A stretch of 59,538 bases of DNA, filler included, from Porpidia crustulata (taxonomy: Eukaryota), in the NCBI GenBank assembly GCA_964255105.1. It is 4 parts of 4 records of this genome, joined end to end, with 100 filler letters (N's around TTAATTAATTAA, not from the genome) between each part and the next. Parts side by side here need not be neighbours in the genome. Positions count along the whole stretch, not along the records: positions 14,942 to 29,754 come from CAXUWE010000357.1; positions 29,855 to 44,662 come from CAXUWE010000358.1; 2 more parts are not named here. One strand, given 5' to 3'. Below the pieces are notes generated by a model. It saw only the letters and a program-made list of their open reading frames with translations. It ran no database searches and was not told the DNA's origin. A program made the translations under genes and the position numbers. Below, one piece after another: positions 27,048 through 40,192 of the stretch. Position 1 is the first letter of the stretch; each line of letters begins with the position of its first letter.

Positions 27048-29754
27048 ATGGCAGAGGCTTCATATATCTTGGCCGATCTGCCATCAAGTCCAGCTGGATC
27101 AGGAGACATTCTGGTAGCTGATGTCCATACTATAGCAGGGGGATCGAAGAAGAAGCGCTCAGAGTTGGCCGTAGCCATTGACAATGAAAGCGTCAATCTC
27201 TACGATGTAAGCTGGAGCCCAGGATCAATTTGTCTATGGAGTTCTAACGGCACTGCTAGGTTCGGTCGTCTAAGCTGACAACCTCCTATGCCATTTCACC
27301 GCTAGCTGTCTTCACCTGCCCTCCGTGCTCTATTCGCTACAGACGAGACAATCTTGAAATTACCTCTAGATTGACTTACTGCTCAATCAAATCTCCGAAG
27401 CCAAGGCTTCTGTGCTTCTCCGAGATATCAGGCAAAAATGTTAGCTCAGGCAGGCAGATTTCCACATCATCCGTCGATTTACCACTCTCAAAGAGCCCGA
27501 TTGTCTGTGTTGATATAATATCAGGAGGTGGAGGAAGAACCAAGAGTACTTGCTCCAACCTTTTTTATCTTGCTATACACGAGAATGGCGACGTCCGATG
27601 TCACTCTGCAGATCTTACCACTCAGCTATGGATGGTAAGTGCATTGAGCAAGGACTCCAAGGAGGACATCACCCGAGACTGGAAGGTGCAATATGCCGTA
27701 GTTCTGGGGTTGGATCAGGCGAAAAGAGCTATACTTAAGGACAGGGAAGATATACTGGCACAGCTCGCCAGTGGCACTGACACATTCAATGTTCACATAT
27801 TGCTTTTATTCACTAGGCCCACCAATCCTGGTCAAGAGCTGAACCTTCGAGTATTTGCTCTCAGGACTGAGCTAGCACATCCTGAGGCCGCGACTGTAGC
27901 TGTTGGTCGTACACCTCTACAAGCACTTCTTTCCTTGTCTATACCTGAGCCTAATAACGTTGAATGGAAAGGCTCGAAATTAGCTTTTCACGCTGCCAGC
28001 GGGACTCTTCACCAGTATTCACCCAATGCTTTGTCAGTGTACAGTCTCATTGGCATGGTAGCTCGCCGCACCCATTACACAGACTTAGGTCATACTTCAA
28101 TTGAGACGTGCTTACGCTTGTCATCGAGTCTGGCTGCGGTGAACACGGCAACGTCGGTCTCTGTCATTGACACGCAATACAATTCACTCCAAGTAGAATT
28201 TCCGCTAAAGAATCAAACTTTACAAAGGCGTGAAGATGGATCAAGCGAGGCGACGAGTACCCGTCTCTTGTCATATTTTGCTCCTTTGGAATCGATTATC
28301 GCTCTACAGGGACGCAGACTTATAGCAATCCAGCTATCGAATTCTAGGGTGCGGGAAATATCCAGGAAAAGAGCGAGGAATGGCTCGCTTCTCAGCTCCA
28401 TTGGACGCGGTATCGTTCCGATGTCCAGCAAGCCTGCCAACAAGCCTACTATCAAAGTACCCAAATCTCTAGGAACCTATCTATTCTCATCTCGCTCTGA
28501 CAAAGATTGGATCAGGCAGAAAACTTCCCTGGATCAACTTTCTGCGATAGGGGAATTTGGCCGATTTCAAGCTCTAATTACGTCTGAGCTCGGAATAGAA
28601 TCTCAAGAAAAGACCAACAATCCTACAAAGAAGCTAAGACATAGCATCCCTGATCAGCACAAGATTCAATACCTGTTTAGTAAAGTCTTTTCACTCGATC
28701 TTCTGCCTTCTGCTTCAGGCCAAAACAATGCTTCAAGGAAGCTAAAGATCTGGTTCTGGCCAATTGATATCTTGCGCTACCTACTTCGTAACGGCCTAGT
28801 ATCCGTAGATGCAATTGAGACATCACTGAAGCACCATGGTTCCCTGCCACTCATTGATCGAATTGCACCTGGCGCACTCATCCAAGCCCTGGCCGAGTGG
28901 GACCCTTCGCTGGAAACCCTTCTTTCGCTGGTTGAAAGCCCCGTTCCTCTAACGGCAGAAGAGCTTGCGCATGCATTGAAATATTGTATGAATCTTACCA
29001 GATCGGCGGAGAACTCCGACAGTATGGGACTCATCACCAATGGTGAACTTGGAAGCGATAACATATCAGACCACAACATGCAACTCAACGGTGATGCCCC
29101 ATCAGATTCCAATCCACCACTCACCGACGCCGATAAATCGTCCGCTGTCCACCGGCTCCTCGAGTTGACTATCTCCCGTCTAGCACACCACCCCTCAAAA
29201 ACCATTACCAGTGCGCTACGCGCCACCCTCTCATCACCGATCCTCCTCCAGCTAATAGACCACCTCCGCGTGTCCTTGGCTCGTGCTGGCTGGCTAACCC
29301 CTAATACCGAATCTCTTCCTTCGCTACCCTCGACCCACGGCATCGACCATAGCCTCAAAAGCAATTCAAACACTAACCTCCAAATCTCCACCATCGCCAA
29401 ACTCCTCAACTGCCTCCTCGACGCCATCGGCTCTGCCGGCTGGCTCGTGACCACCTCGCCCGCCGACGACGCCACAACCGACCCCGCCGACACCATCGCC
29501 TACATGAAAGCCGAGATCAGCGCCGCCCTCGAGGGCGTCGAGGAAGCCGCCTACCTCCGCGGCATGCTCGGCGAAATCCTGCTCTACGCCGCCTCCTACT
29601 CCACCTCGCAGGCGAAGAAAGACGCCGACCGCCACAAACGCATCAAAACAGCCGCGCCCCCCCCGCGCACCATCACCACGATCCCGCTGCCGGCCGACAG
29701 GGGGCCCCTGGGGAACGCGCTCCCGCTCGGCCTGAAGGCGAGCCAGGGGGTCGC
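27048..29754 (+). CDS. UTP8: Utp8-like U3 snoRNP/SSU processome beta-propeller protein, 3'-truncated by a gap
   Basis: Exons 27048-27206 and 27260-29754+; N-terminal YILADLP...KKRSELAVAIDNESVNLYDV...SYAISP; C-terminal LDAIG..GWL, EISAALEGVEEA, LPLGLK; family recalled from memory. Confidence 0.6.
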
Positions 29755-29854
29755 NNNNNNNNNNNNNNNNNNNNNNNNNNNNNNNNNNNNNNNNNNNNTT
29801 AATTAATTAANNNNNNNNNNNNNNNNNNNNNNNNNNNNNNNNNNNNNNNNNNNN
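29755..29854. other. Assembly linker (N + TTAATTAATTAA + N)
   Basis: Same spacer as at 14842. Confidence 0.97.
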
Positions 29855-31364
29855 TCCTTGTGGGATATAAATGAGAGAGCGAGAGGGACGAGAGCGGCGA
29901 TGGTTGCCAATTGGAATTTGATGGTTTTGGACAGGGGTGTTAGGCTTGATGTGGGGGACAGATATTTGGGAGGAAATATAGCTTGATATAAGCCGACGAC
30001 GCCGAAAGGGAGGAAGGTGGTAAGGAGTAAGGGATACCCTTGTGTTAGATAATAGTGCCAGTCATTGCGGCCGTAAAATACCGCCAGGGACTGGGCGATG
30101 TTGAAGTAGAGAAAGCGGAAAGGGGGAAACGTCCATGTCTGGTAGTAGCGGTGATCCGTGATAGTTGATGCAGTAAGCACGAGAAGCCTATGGTAGAGGG
30201 TCAATCTCAATGTGGTTCTTGTTGTAGGTCGTGATACACTTACCCATATAGAGCTATGTTCTGTAAAAGGGCTTTTTTCTCCTCTGTCACAGTGAACCAG
30301 TTTGACCATCGTAATTGTACTGATTTACTTGGACCTTGGCGTCGGAACAGAACAAAGCAAGCAACGCATATCCATATCAGGATATTAGTAGGTCGAAGGA
30401 TGCAAGCCCAGGCTGCCAGTATCAGACAGCGTTGAAGCCTGCCTACAAGTCACTCATTTATTTCATCATGCATGTAGCAAAGGGAGGTCGTACTTCGTAA
30501 TTTGATCGGTGGAGACTAGGCTTTCGTGTTTCCTTTGGGCGCCCTCCTGTCGTATTTCCTCATTCTGTGAATTTGCTTCCTGAGGGTGTTCTTCCTCCTG
30601 GGAGCCTTTCTCATCCTCCCCGACCCCACCCTCCCAGAATAGTGACCATTGCCATGGCCAAGACTCTAGAGCAACGATCGTGTATGTGGTCTCCAAGCAA
30701 TTGGAAAGTGTGCGCGTAGAACAGAACCATTGCCACGGACTGCAGACAGTCAAAGCCAGCTGGAAAGGCCGACAAAACAAAGATCAGCCCAAGAACGCCA
30801 TCCATTTGTGATAATATTCGATTGAATACTACAGATGCTACATACAGCCGCCCAAGCTTCATTGCTTCCCTGTCCGTAGACTTTCTGTCCTAGCTTCCAT
30901 GTGTAGTAATCCCCCGTCGCCGCAAAGACTGCCTGAGTCACCTTGGGTGCAGCTATCAAAACCTCGGCAGCGGTATGCGGAAAAAGACCCAGATAATCAG
31001 ACACACGCTGCGAGAGCCAGAAGATAGATGCGAGACTAGTAGGATATAGGGCGGACCGAAGTTGATTCTTCCATTCCTACGGTAGCTTTCAGCAGCTATA
31101 AGCTATCAATTGGATGTGGCATACCCATGTAATCCACGCACCACTCTCTGGCCCGAAAGCTATCTCCCACGCTGGTTCAAGCGATTGAAAGAATTCATCG
31201 GGTTGGAAGAACGTTTGGATGCTGAGGGCGTTCAGTATCCGAAATGCAAGAAGAAATAATAGAACATCTTGAGAGACCGTAGGATGTCTGATACGCTCGG
31301 CGGTGTATCTGGGAAGATTTCTGAGCGTGCCAGAAAATTGTTCAAATGCCTGCGCAAAAGACAT
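29855..31364 (-). CDS. GPI10: GPI mannosyltransferase 3 (PIG-B), multi-exon, 3'-truncated by a gap
   Basis: [67 protein letters not shown](E). Confidence 0.92.
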
Positions 31365-31496
31365 TGCACTTCTGGGTTGCAGTTGCGAACCTGGATTCAA
31401 GTGCGAAGACTTCTGGACAGGACACAGACATGGTCGCAGATCTAAGGGTTGGAGACCTGTAGATTTCTACAAGCTTTAATTCCTCGCAAGTCTGAG

Positions 31497-32635
31497 ATGG
31501 TTCACTATATTCGATTCTTGAAAGCACCAAAAGTTCAGGGCATAAATCCTAGGCAGTCTAACGTCAAGTGTTTAATTACAATCACAACTGATCTTGGAGA
31601 TGACTTCTACCAAGGGGATATCATGCTTTATGCAAACCTTGTCTGGTCAGGCAAAGAACAAGTGCAAAAACGATCTTTGCGGAAAAGATTTAAGTGGCGT
31701 CCGGGCTTGCGTTCTCTATGGATTCTATATGAATCAATCCCTTCAGAGATTTGCCGGTCTGCGCACTTGCAAGTTACAAGCAGCGAAACGCACACAGATG
31801 GTTTTGATTCAGAGGTGTATCCTGATATCTTGAGTGCCTGGAGTGAGGATTTTGGCATTGATCATAGTACTGAGGCTAGCAGGCGAGTTGAGAGACGTTT
31901 AAAATTAAGGCCTGGCAATATATTGAGTATCTTCGAAGACCCTGGAGAAAGCATTGCTCGACATATCTGGTATGTAAGTTGCCCAAGTAGAATGCAGTTA
32001 CTCACCGCAGCAGGGATGCAGGTGTTGCATTGCTTGCGTACGTGGGTACTCTCCAGGGAAAGTCGGTACAGGAACCAACTCTGCTACTTGAACAAATGCT
32101 GCATACTTCGCGGCCAAGGCGTCTTGAAGTGCTTGAGCTGGGAAGTGGATGTGGAATCGTCGGCATTGGTATAGCCCAATTACACCAAAACTGCAATGTC
32201 CTCCTTACGGATCTTCCGGAAGCAATGGAACTTCTAAACTTCAACATTGCTAAAGCACGGTCAGCTGCCGGGTCCAACCTCTCCGCGGCAGATCTCGATT
32301 GGGGCGATGATCTCCCGGGTTTTGTCGCTACAGGAGAATATCATCTAATCCTAGTCTCTGATTGCACGTACAATTCAGACAGCATTCCAACACTTATAAA
32401 GACGCTCAATGCATTAATGGAAAAATCTCCCAGGGCTTCTATTGTTGTCTCAATGAAAGTACGCCACTCTAGCGAAGCCATCTTCTTTGGTATGATGCGA
32501 GATGGCGACTTTCAGATCGTGGCAAACATAAGAGTCCCTCTCCCAGATAGACATAGAAAAGCCGTTGGGCGAGAATTGGAGAATGTGGATATCTACATCT
32601 TCCGTAATACTCATTTGCTCAACAACTTTCCTTAA
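31497..32635 (+). CDS. SAM-dependent methyltransferase (Methyltransf_16/METTL21-like protein lysine methyltransferase)
   Basis: Exons 31497-31969 and 32014-32635; MVHYIRFLK, ESIARHIWDAG, VLELGSGCGIVGI, LTDL, LDWG, SDCTYN. Confidence 0.85.
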
Positions 32636-33545
32636 GCTCTTAATCTTACTCCATATATCACGACTACGGCGCAGATACAAAAGAAGAAGGCTAAGATGGG
32701 AATGAAGATAGCAATAAAGACAAAGCAGGGAAAGTTTAGCCACCAGGACATGATCAAGCTCTTTGCTTAGACGATGTCTTATTCATGGTCTCAAGAACTA
32801 TCCTGCCATGTGAGCTTTGAATTTCACCCAGTGAGTTCAAATACTCCAGGCAGCAGGGTTCAAGTTACTACGTTATCTGGCAGGCCAAGTAGGCTTAAGC
32901 ATGGTGTGTATTCATAGACAACGAAATGCTTATCTGCATACTGATAGATATTAGCCCTCCAACCAGACCATACCGGAGTTCTATGGCATTGTCGGGCGTT
33001 GACTGCAGGCTGTTATGTGCGTACAAAGGCAGATAGATTATCATTTTATACTCAGAGGCTATCTATTTGTGGTTGGATGTTGTGCATGTTATGCATGCAC
33101 GGCATGTACGGTAAATCTACGGTAAACTCTAATTATTACCTACTTATGCACTTATGTCATCGAAAATGCGGTCTGGTCCAGCAAGGCGCTGCTCAGGGCA
33201 AAACCTCAAAATTCGCGCACACTAATGAAATAACCGATCCATAAGAACATTCATCCCATAAAAGTATAGTTCTTCAACCCTTTGTTACTGTGCTACTTAT
33301 CACTGTCCATAGACGCAACCTTCACATCTAAGTGGATTGTCCTAGGAAAGTCTTGCCCTTTCGTAGAACAGTGAGATTACCACCCCATTCCTTCTTGCCC
33401 TCGGCGATTTTCACCAATTCCCAGATTATGTACGGTGACCATTGGGCTGACACTTTGGAAAGGATAGATTCCTACTTCATCCCATTCTAGACTGCCTTTG
33501 GTCTTCTCAAAGGCATCTAATATAAGACGGCTCCACCAGCCTTGA

Positions 33546-33794
33546 CGCAGTTCTCCCTTCAAGATCCGTCCACACGCCCACACCGAGACATCCTCAACGA
33601 TCTACCGCCTCCTACTGAACGCCATATCACCACCAAAAGATCGACTGCTTGAGCCTCCTCTAAACGCCCCCCTGTATTCCCCACAACCTCAGCTGCCGCA
33701 TAGGACGTCTTTCAAGGGTCTTCCTCTTCCTGAGGGAGAGTTAAGGAGGCCGCGCCGAATTAGCCTCGGAACTGTTATCTTCAAACCTCCCTAA
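33546..33794 (+). promoter_or_regulatory. Putative AUG-less upstream coding region (uCC/uORF) of ODC ending in Pro-Pro-stop
   Basis: Stop-free frame ending HRTSFKGLPLPEGELRRPRRISLGTVIFKPP*, about 45 nt before the ODC ATG; leader has no AUG once intron 33371-33467 is removed. Confidence 0.55.
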
Positions 33795-33843
33795 CACAAC
33801 TTTTGATCAGTAAACCAAATTAATTCCCGCATTCTGCATGCAC

Positions 33844-35192
33844 ATGGCACCATCGGCAACCAGTACCATTGAAAAGTATGCACCAACTATTCTATCATTG
33901 AATGGCAGTAATATCAGCAAGAATGGCTATGATCGTGCTGGGAATGGAAAAGTCCTCATGGAGAATACTTTGAAAGATCGTATCAATAGCATTGATACGG
34001 ATGCTTGCGAGGCAGGAGAGGAAGATGCGTTTTTTGTGGCTGACCTAGGTGAGGTCTATCGCCAGCACTTGCGCTGGAAGCTGAACCTGAAGCGGGTGAA
34101 ACCACATTATGGTATGCCCTTGATTACTCAGTCATGGTTGTAATTTACTGAGATTTGATAGCCGTCAAGTGCAACCCAGATCCAGAAGTCCTACGTCTTC
34201 TTGCCGGACTTGGCACCGGGTTTGATTGTGCATCCAAAGCGGAGATCGAGCAAGTCCTCAGTCTTGGCGTTGAACCATCTAGGATCATCTACGCTCAGCC
34301 ATGCAAGACTAAATCCTATGTTCGCTACGCTGCTCAACAAGGGGTGAAGCAGATGACCTTCGACAACTCGGACGAACTGTACAAGATCAAAGCCCTCTAC
34401 CCAGATGCGGAGCTTTTCCTACGTATCTTGACGGATGACTCTTCGAGCTTGTGTCGCCTAAGTCTCAAATTTGGAGCCTCAATGGACAGCACCAAGGGCC
34501 TTCTGGAATTAGCAAAGAAACTGGATTTAAATGTTGTAGGCGTCAGCTTCCACGTCGGATCAGGCGCCTCGGACCCACAATGTTTTGCCAAAGCCGTTCA
34601 AGACTCCCATATTGTTTTCAACGAAGCCGCCGATATCGGCTTGAATCTCAAAACCCTCGATGTGGGGGGAGGCTTTTCCGGCGATACTTTTGAGGAAATG
34701 GCATCCGTCCTTGGCGAAGCTCTCGATGAATATTTTCCCTCCAGTGTCCGTATCATCGGTGAACCTGGTCGCTACTATGTCGCTTCGGCTTTTACCCTGG
34801 CCTGCAACGTCATTGCTCGCCGTGACATTCAAGACCCAGCGACTCTAATGACGTCCTACATGCTTTACCTTAACGATGGCGTCTACGGTAACTTCTCCAG
34901 CATCATCTTCGACCATCAGCACCCTGTTCCTCGTATCCTACGTAAGCAGGGAGGAGAAAAGAACACTTCCGCCACTGAGTACTCTATTTGGGGCCCTTCA
35001 TGCGATGGGATCGATTTGATCTCGGAGAATTGCACTCTGAGGGGACTGTTGGACGTGGGGGACTGGCTGTACTTTGAGGAAATGGGCGCTTACACGAAGT
35101 GCTCAGCCACAAAGTTCAACGGGTTCACCGATAACCACGATGTGCTTTACGTGTCCAGCGAGCCGGGGGCGTCCGCGCTGCTGGATTATTGA
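33844..35192 (+). CDS. SPE1: Ornithine decarboxylase
   Basis: Exons 33844 (or 33838)-34111 and 34162-35192; PLP lysine PHYAVKCN, GFDCAS, SFHVGSG, DVGGGF, EPGRY, catalytic WGPSCDG. Confidence 0.96.
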
Positions 35193-35804
35193 ACCGGTCT
35201 GCTGTATGAAATCGGAAATTTGGCAAGATTCAGGGGTAGGGTGAATCTCGTGCATTTGGAATAAGCTGTGGAGGGGAAAGAATGTCTTACGAAATGACAC
35301 AATGACAGTCACTCCTTTGGCACTTACGATCGCAGATGTTTTCCTACTTGCCTTTCCCTTTTGCCTCTCTAGAAGGCATTTTAACTTCCCAATCGGCGCG
35401 ATTTCACTTCAATTTCTGAAGAACGAGGCTTTCACAAGCACACGATTAGATTAGAGCATTTAGATCAGTATCGTTATTCCTTTCGACCATGGCAGATGTC
35501 GATCGATTTTCACGTGCACGACGGCGTGACGGCTTTCCGCCTTGCTCTAATCATGTCTTTGCAAAGCTCCCAAGTACCAGCAAAGTCTCGCGATCACAAG
35601 ACGACCGAAATATCATCTCAAATATAGCTCACGCAGAGCAACAGATACAATCCACCAGAGAGTCTAAATAGTTGTAAGTAAAAAGTAAGACCTTGTACCC
35701 ATCGACAACAATTTAAGACCTTCACTTCTTTCTACAAACTCGAGATCCTCGCAGGAAGCATGGTAATAGTACATCCGTACATACAGCGCGTGACAAGAGC
35801 ATCC

Positions 35805-35980
35805 GTATGCGAATATCTCTCCCACCATCGTCTCGGGAATCTTCCAAAGCCCCTCTGCGCCCTCGGGGTCTTCCGCGTAGGCTCGCAACGGATGGGGTGC
35901 GATGTTGCTATCCGACTAGACCCTACCTTACTACCATTTGAGGTCAGTCCTGGGGTAATGGCGGCGACGAATAGATGCAG
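35805..35980 (-). pseudogene. Decayed C-terminal fragment of a short-chain dehydrogenase (retinol dehydrogenase/WWOX-like)
   Basis: FVAAITPGL..NGS followed, in another frame, by AYAEDPEGAEGLWKIPETMVGEIFAY, resembling the SDR tail YAxDPExAxxLWxxSExxVGxxF. Confidence 0.45.
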
Positions 35981-38929
35981 ATCACAAAGATTATTTAGTA
36001 GGTTCATTGGAGGTTATGAGCGGGTTTTTTTCGGGCTGTGTAGGGTTGGTGTTACTAGGTTTAGCATCGTTCTCGTGAGGAAGGCTTAAAGAGCCTTTTT
36101 TTAATTTGGATGGAATGCTGATATCGTGAGGAGGCATTGGAGGCGTTGGTGGTGATGTTGGGTCTGTAGATTGTGGGCTCACTAGATGGATTGTAGATCT
36201 GGAGCGGCTGCTGTTTTTGCTGTTGGTGGGTGTGGGAGATGACGGGTGGGAGACCATGTTTTGCCTGTTGTTGGAAGTTTATTGGGAATGGAGGGTTAAG
36301 GGGAAGAGATACACGATGGCTATTTGTGAAAAAAGAAAGGTTTCTACCGTGGAAATATAATACTCAGACCTACTCAGGCCGGTATTCAATGTCCGGACAC
36401 TCCATTGCCGATAAAGTACAGTCAATTCAGCGCTGTAGCCATTGGGACACCTGGCGCACTTCCTTTCTACACATGATATTATCTAGTCCATCTCTGCATA
36501 TTGTATTTCGAATTCTCCATCAAGTTCATTTTTCCACATATAGTTCAACACAGCTGGAAGATCTTTCAAATATTTGTCCCGCTAAGTATGGTCTTCGCAT
36601 AGAGAGTATTATTCCTGGCCAATGATAAAAAGGTTTCTGCGACCTCGGGTAAGTAATCTCTCCTCGATTGAATGGTAAATATTGATACAGTCCAGGAGGA
36701 ATTCGAGTAGCTGTACATAACACACTTAGTAAGTAACCCTAGAATAATAAATATGAAAATTAATATGAAAATTAATAAAATCAATATGTATAAGATATTC
36801 GAGCATGAACAATCGAAAGATCTAGGGTTGTAATGCAGGTGACAAAAAAACGGGACCGCAAATTTGATCTCTTATCCATTCACTCCTGCATTTCTGGAGC
36901 CATTGGCTCATAAAACTCGATTGCACTCTGAGCTCTAACATCAGTAAATGTATCATTAGGTAACGATTAGAGCTCGATCTCGTGTAATTACCTTCAAAGA
37001 TTTGGTGATATAATTAATGATAGGGGTAAGATATCGATTTTGCGGTCCTGGTTTTGTTTGTTGCCCGCGTAGGTTATGTTTCGGCGTAGAAGGAAAGTCT
37101 TTGATCCAACACTCGTGTCCTGCAAATATCGAATATTCCAGCTCTTGGACCAGGAACACCCAAGCAACACGGCTCTTAGACTTTCCGCCCTCAGTAGCGC
37201 CCGGTCGTCGTTGGGCACTTATTGAGCGAGATCAGCTGACTACGGTGGCCATGCGAAGCATGATGGTGTGACGTTGGCTTCGTGGGGAAATACCCTGTTG
37301 CTATGTCGCCGGGGTCGAGAAAGATGCTCTGGTGTTCATGCCGGGTGACGATCTCTTGCTCTATTGAGCAAGCTATTACACCGGAGCAAGGCGCGAGAAC
37401 AGGTACGAGTAGCCACTCGATTTTCTTCTTGTAGGAGTTAAACATACGTCGTAGTTTAAAGAATGATGACTTTGCCGAATGCTAAGTCACCGGATGGGAG
37501 GACTGCGGGGATCAAATGCCCCAAGAGAACGCCCCAAGAAGTCCCTAGAGGTAGTCTGGCAGCTGGTTGAGTATCTAAGTACTTTGGCTATTCGAGATAG
37601 CTTTGGGTCAATTGACAGCGACGATCTTATTCGCCCAAGTCACTTGCTCAGATACTCCGGTACTGCAGGTACTCCACACTAATTCTAGCCGTGGCTCTGG
37701 AGAGTGAGTCTGTGACCTTCATGCTTCTTGTATAATGAGCATTTCAAGTAAGGACTGTGACCTAGGAAGCTTCTTCACCGACGTTCTAATTATCCAATGC
37801 AACCTGCGTGTTCTTACGCCGTTATATTCCAAGCGGAGGAGCAAGAGTAAGAGCGAAGCCGGTGAGGTCGATGAGACGGCCAAGGATTCCCTTGCTCCTT
37901 CAGCGCCGTTGGGCACAAATTGCGGATAGGAAACTTCCCCTCCTGGAAGATCGGCATCGACCAAATCACATACTCTTATGCCCTCGTACGGTCGTATCCT
38001 CGTACCGTATGCTCAGTGATATCATTTCTGCGGCTCATCGCGGGTAGCGAAGGCCTCAATTCTACTTCCACGGTACCAAATAGTCAATCAAATTTTACAG
38101 TTTAAAGAATGCTCCGCGAGAAACAGGAAGAATGGCAAGTTCATCCTAGGTGTCCAAGCGATCTTGTGACACTCAAGCCGTCTCTTTCTCATCATTAACG
38201 CCCCGTCAATGCCTAGTGCAGGATCCTTGGTGTTCATGGTAGTATTTCCAGCGTCCAGATATCGCTCGGCACCTCGGGCGACTCGACATGGCACCCCCTT
38301 GCCAAATGTACCATTGCATTCAGACATTGCTTGTGCTCGACGTGGCTTGAATCTACGTAATCGAACACCCATTGAAGCTCCTTGACGTCTGGCCCACAAG
38401 AATTACACGGATGCAAACAGTCGTCAGCGAGCCCTGTATGACGTAGGACTAGAAGCAACGCTGAGCGACCTCTGCGCTGACTGGACGCCCGATAACAGAG
38501 AGTGCAGAGCCATTAGCAGTGACAGGGTGTGTCCCCGGGTTATGTCACGTTTGCCAACTCATCGTACCTCAAAATCAACTACGGTCATCGAAACCAGAAT
38601 ACCAAGGGGAATTGCAGCTAATGGAAGCCCCTTGTCAATTTGAGTGATTGGGTCGCACCAGATACGATGCTTCAACACCCGTTCGCGTTATTCTGCATTG
38701 GGCGTCAAGATCTGCTTCAACATGGCAACTATTTGAGAAGCTACCGGGCGATCATTTCACAAATTGGAGATTAATACTGGATGTCCCTTAATTCCAGGGC
38801 GCGTTGCCAATTTCCATTCCCCACCTTCCCCCGAGGCATATAGCAGCGCTTCCTGGTGTGTGTATATTTACTTCATAACCATATCATTGTCTACCTTCCC
38901 TCATGACTTCTGTTATTCGCCCTCTCAGC

Positions 38930-40192
38930 ATGTCTCAAAGAGGTAACTACCCGTTTGATCCTTTCCTCGGCTCAGCACCTGCGCGAGGTATGCCTATGCC
39001 CACCAGTCGCGCTGCCTCTCAAGGTTTTCCCACTAGGTTGTTGCCCTTTTAAAAACCTCGAACCGACGAGGCAAGTTGTGCTGACGCACTTCAAGCGCTC
39101 CACGTCCTGATGTTTTGGGTTTTGTACCACCGAGCCCAATCTCATTGGGACAAAACCACGTAGGGTTTCAAAAGTATGCTGGCCATGTACGATTTACTGT
39201 GCACGTTCCCTGATATGGAAGTCAACAGTTCTTCCCGTCCGGTTAATCCACCGTACCTCAGTGGCCACCCTAGTCCGATGCCCAGGCTCGAATCACCTGC
39301 TCACGCCGGCTTACTGGTGCAAAACCCTAGCCCATATATCAGTCTCGACCGAGGAGGCACCGGTCCACGGATGGAGACTTCCATGTCACAGCATCCGCAA
39401 TGGTCTACTTCAAGCAGTCTCAATCACGGTTCCATTGGGCCAGTATCCGTTTCATCACCTGGGCAAATCCTGCAGGACTCTGGATCCAGAATACGGACAT
39501 CACCTGACCGCTTCGCATGGGATATAGAGCCTCCCAGCTCTCGAGGGTCTTCAGAATTCGTGAGAGACTCCCCTCTCTCACATGGGTCAGGCAGTAGACC
39601 AAGATCCGAGGGTAAGGGCCACTCACAGAGGCGACCCTCAAATCGAGATGAATTTGATGGTCCTTCTCAGTTTCTTGAGAAGCCACCCACGGATGTAGTT
39701 GCAGCGCAGGAACGAGAGCTTCCACACGTGCCCACAAATTTGTATGTTCAGGAACAGGACGATGTTCTTTCCCAGGTCAACGATCGTCTTTCTCAGTGTG
39801 CTTTTGATTTCGTTGCAAAGTATCAATTTCCTATTCCCCTGGAACCAGATAAGAGGCCAGTTCGAGTCCCCGCAGATAGGGAATGGACCGAATGGGTTTA
39901 CTTGCTCAAGAGGTTGGCGACCAAGAGGCGCATTCCTGCTCGTCTCCTGTACAATGGTCAAATCAAACAGCTGGTCACGGTCTTGGAAAATTCCATGGAA
40001 ATGCGTCATGCTGCCAAACATCAATCAAGGCCCCTCAAGGATGATAGGAACGTGCTTCAGCTCATCTCTGCTGGCATACAAGTTGCCAAGCTTTTGCGTG
40101 ATGCAGAATGCATGGCCTCTCTTGACAAGCTTTATCTCCAAACGGAAATAGTCATCCAGAACCGGAGGAAATCCCTGGGATACCATGGCTAA
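38930..40192 (+). CDS. Conserved-looking fungal hypothetical protein (S/P-rich N-terminus, helical C-terminal domain)
   Basis: Predicted exons 38930 (or 38903)-39036, 39096-39173, 39229-40192; ordered block RLSQCAFDFVAKYQFPIP...WTEWVYLLKRLATKRRIP. Confidence 0.75.

Noticed and set aside
36735..36829. 9-bp inverted repeat (AACCCTAGA/TCTAGGGTT) around an AT-rich core, MITE-like
   Set aside because: Short, no clear target-site duplication and no second copy noticed in the window
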